Shown: positions 63,835 through 64,000 of the stretch, piece by piece | Layout: every line of letters begins with the position of its first letter | Position numbering within the stretch: position 1 is the stretch's first letter | Source of the DNA: Camelus dromedarius | Taxonomy: Eukaryota | Length of the DNA stretch: 64,000 bases | Assembly: GCF_036321535.1 (NCBI RefSeq) | Contig: NC_087436.1 | Coordinates: forward strand, 34,102,001 to 34,166,000 | Direction of reading: 5' to 3' | Notes under the pieces: generated by a model | Seen by the model: only the letters and a program-made list of their open reading frames with translations | Database searches by the model: none | Told to the model about the DNA's origin: nothing | Program-made: the position numbers and the translations under genes

Positions 63835-64000
63835 GTGCGCCATGGTGGTCTTGACATGCAGACTAGGGGGCAGAGAGCTGGGGTCAAATTTTGCTTCTAT
63901 TACTTAATAGGAGTGTGACTTTAGCCACGTTGCTTAATTTTCTCCCAGTTTCCTCATTGACAAAATGCAGATGATACTAATTTCTATAAAATACATGCCA
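63835..64000 (+). mobile_element. MIR SINE
   Basis: gtgtgactttagccacgttgcttaattttctcccagtttcctcattgacaaaatg. Confidence 0.75.

Noticed and set aside
1..64000. CRISPR arrays, operons, rRNA, and the remaining 60-130 aa ORFs as genes
   Set aside because: The DNA is mammalian and repeat-rich with no spaced repeat arrays. The remaining ORFs fall in LTR, L1 or microsatellite sequence, or are of chance length.

Overview
AT-rich mammalian genomic DNA, probably camelid: there is a Vic-1-type tRNA-derived SINE at about 32.63 kb and cetartiodactyl-type L1 3' ends. I found no intact protein-coding gene. Much of the window is ordinary interspersed repeat (L1, MIR, MaLR/ERV LTRs, MER DNA transposons, microsatellites). 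The main result is a heavily decayed, multi-exon pseudogene of a polycystin-1 (PKD1) paralogue on the minus strand, from at least 62.9 kb down to about 24.26 kb. About 20 exon relics translate, through many stops and frameshifts, into segments colinear with human PKD1: tandem PKD repeats, REJ, GAIN/GPS, TM1, PLAT, TM2-5, TM6/TOP and channel TM7-11. Many AG/GT splice sites survive and several junctions are still in phase. The exon layout differs from PKD1, so this is neither a retrocopy nor a recent PKD1 duplicate. My best inference is a unitary pseudogene of an old PKD1 paralogue (pkd1b-like). All protein comparisons were made by eye against PKD1/PKD2 sequences recalled from memory, and repeat subfamily names are also from recall. 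Both need confirming by tBLASTn/HMMER and RepeatMasker. Boundaries marked ~ are approximate.
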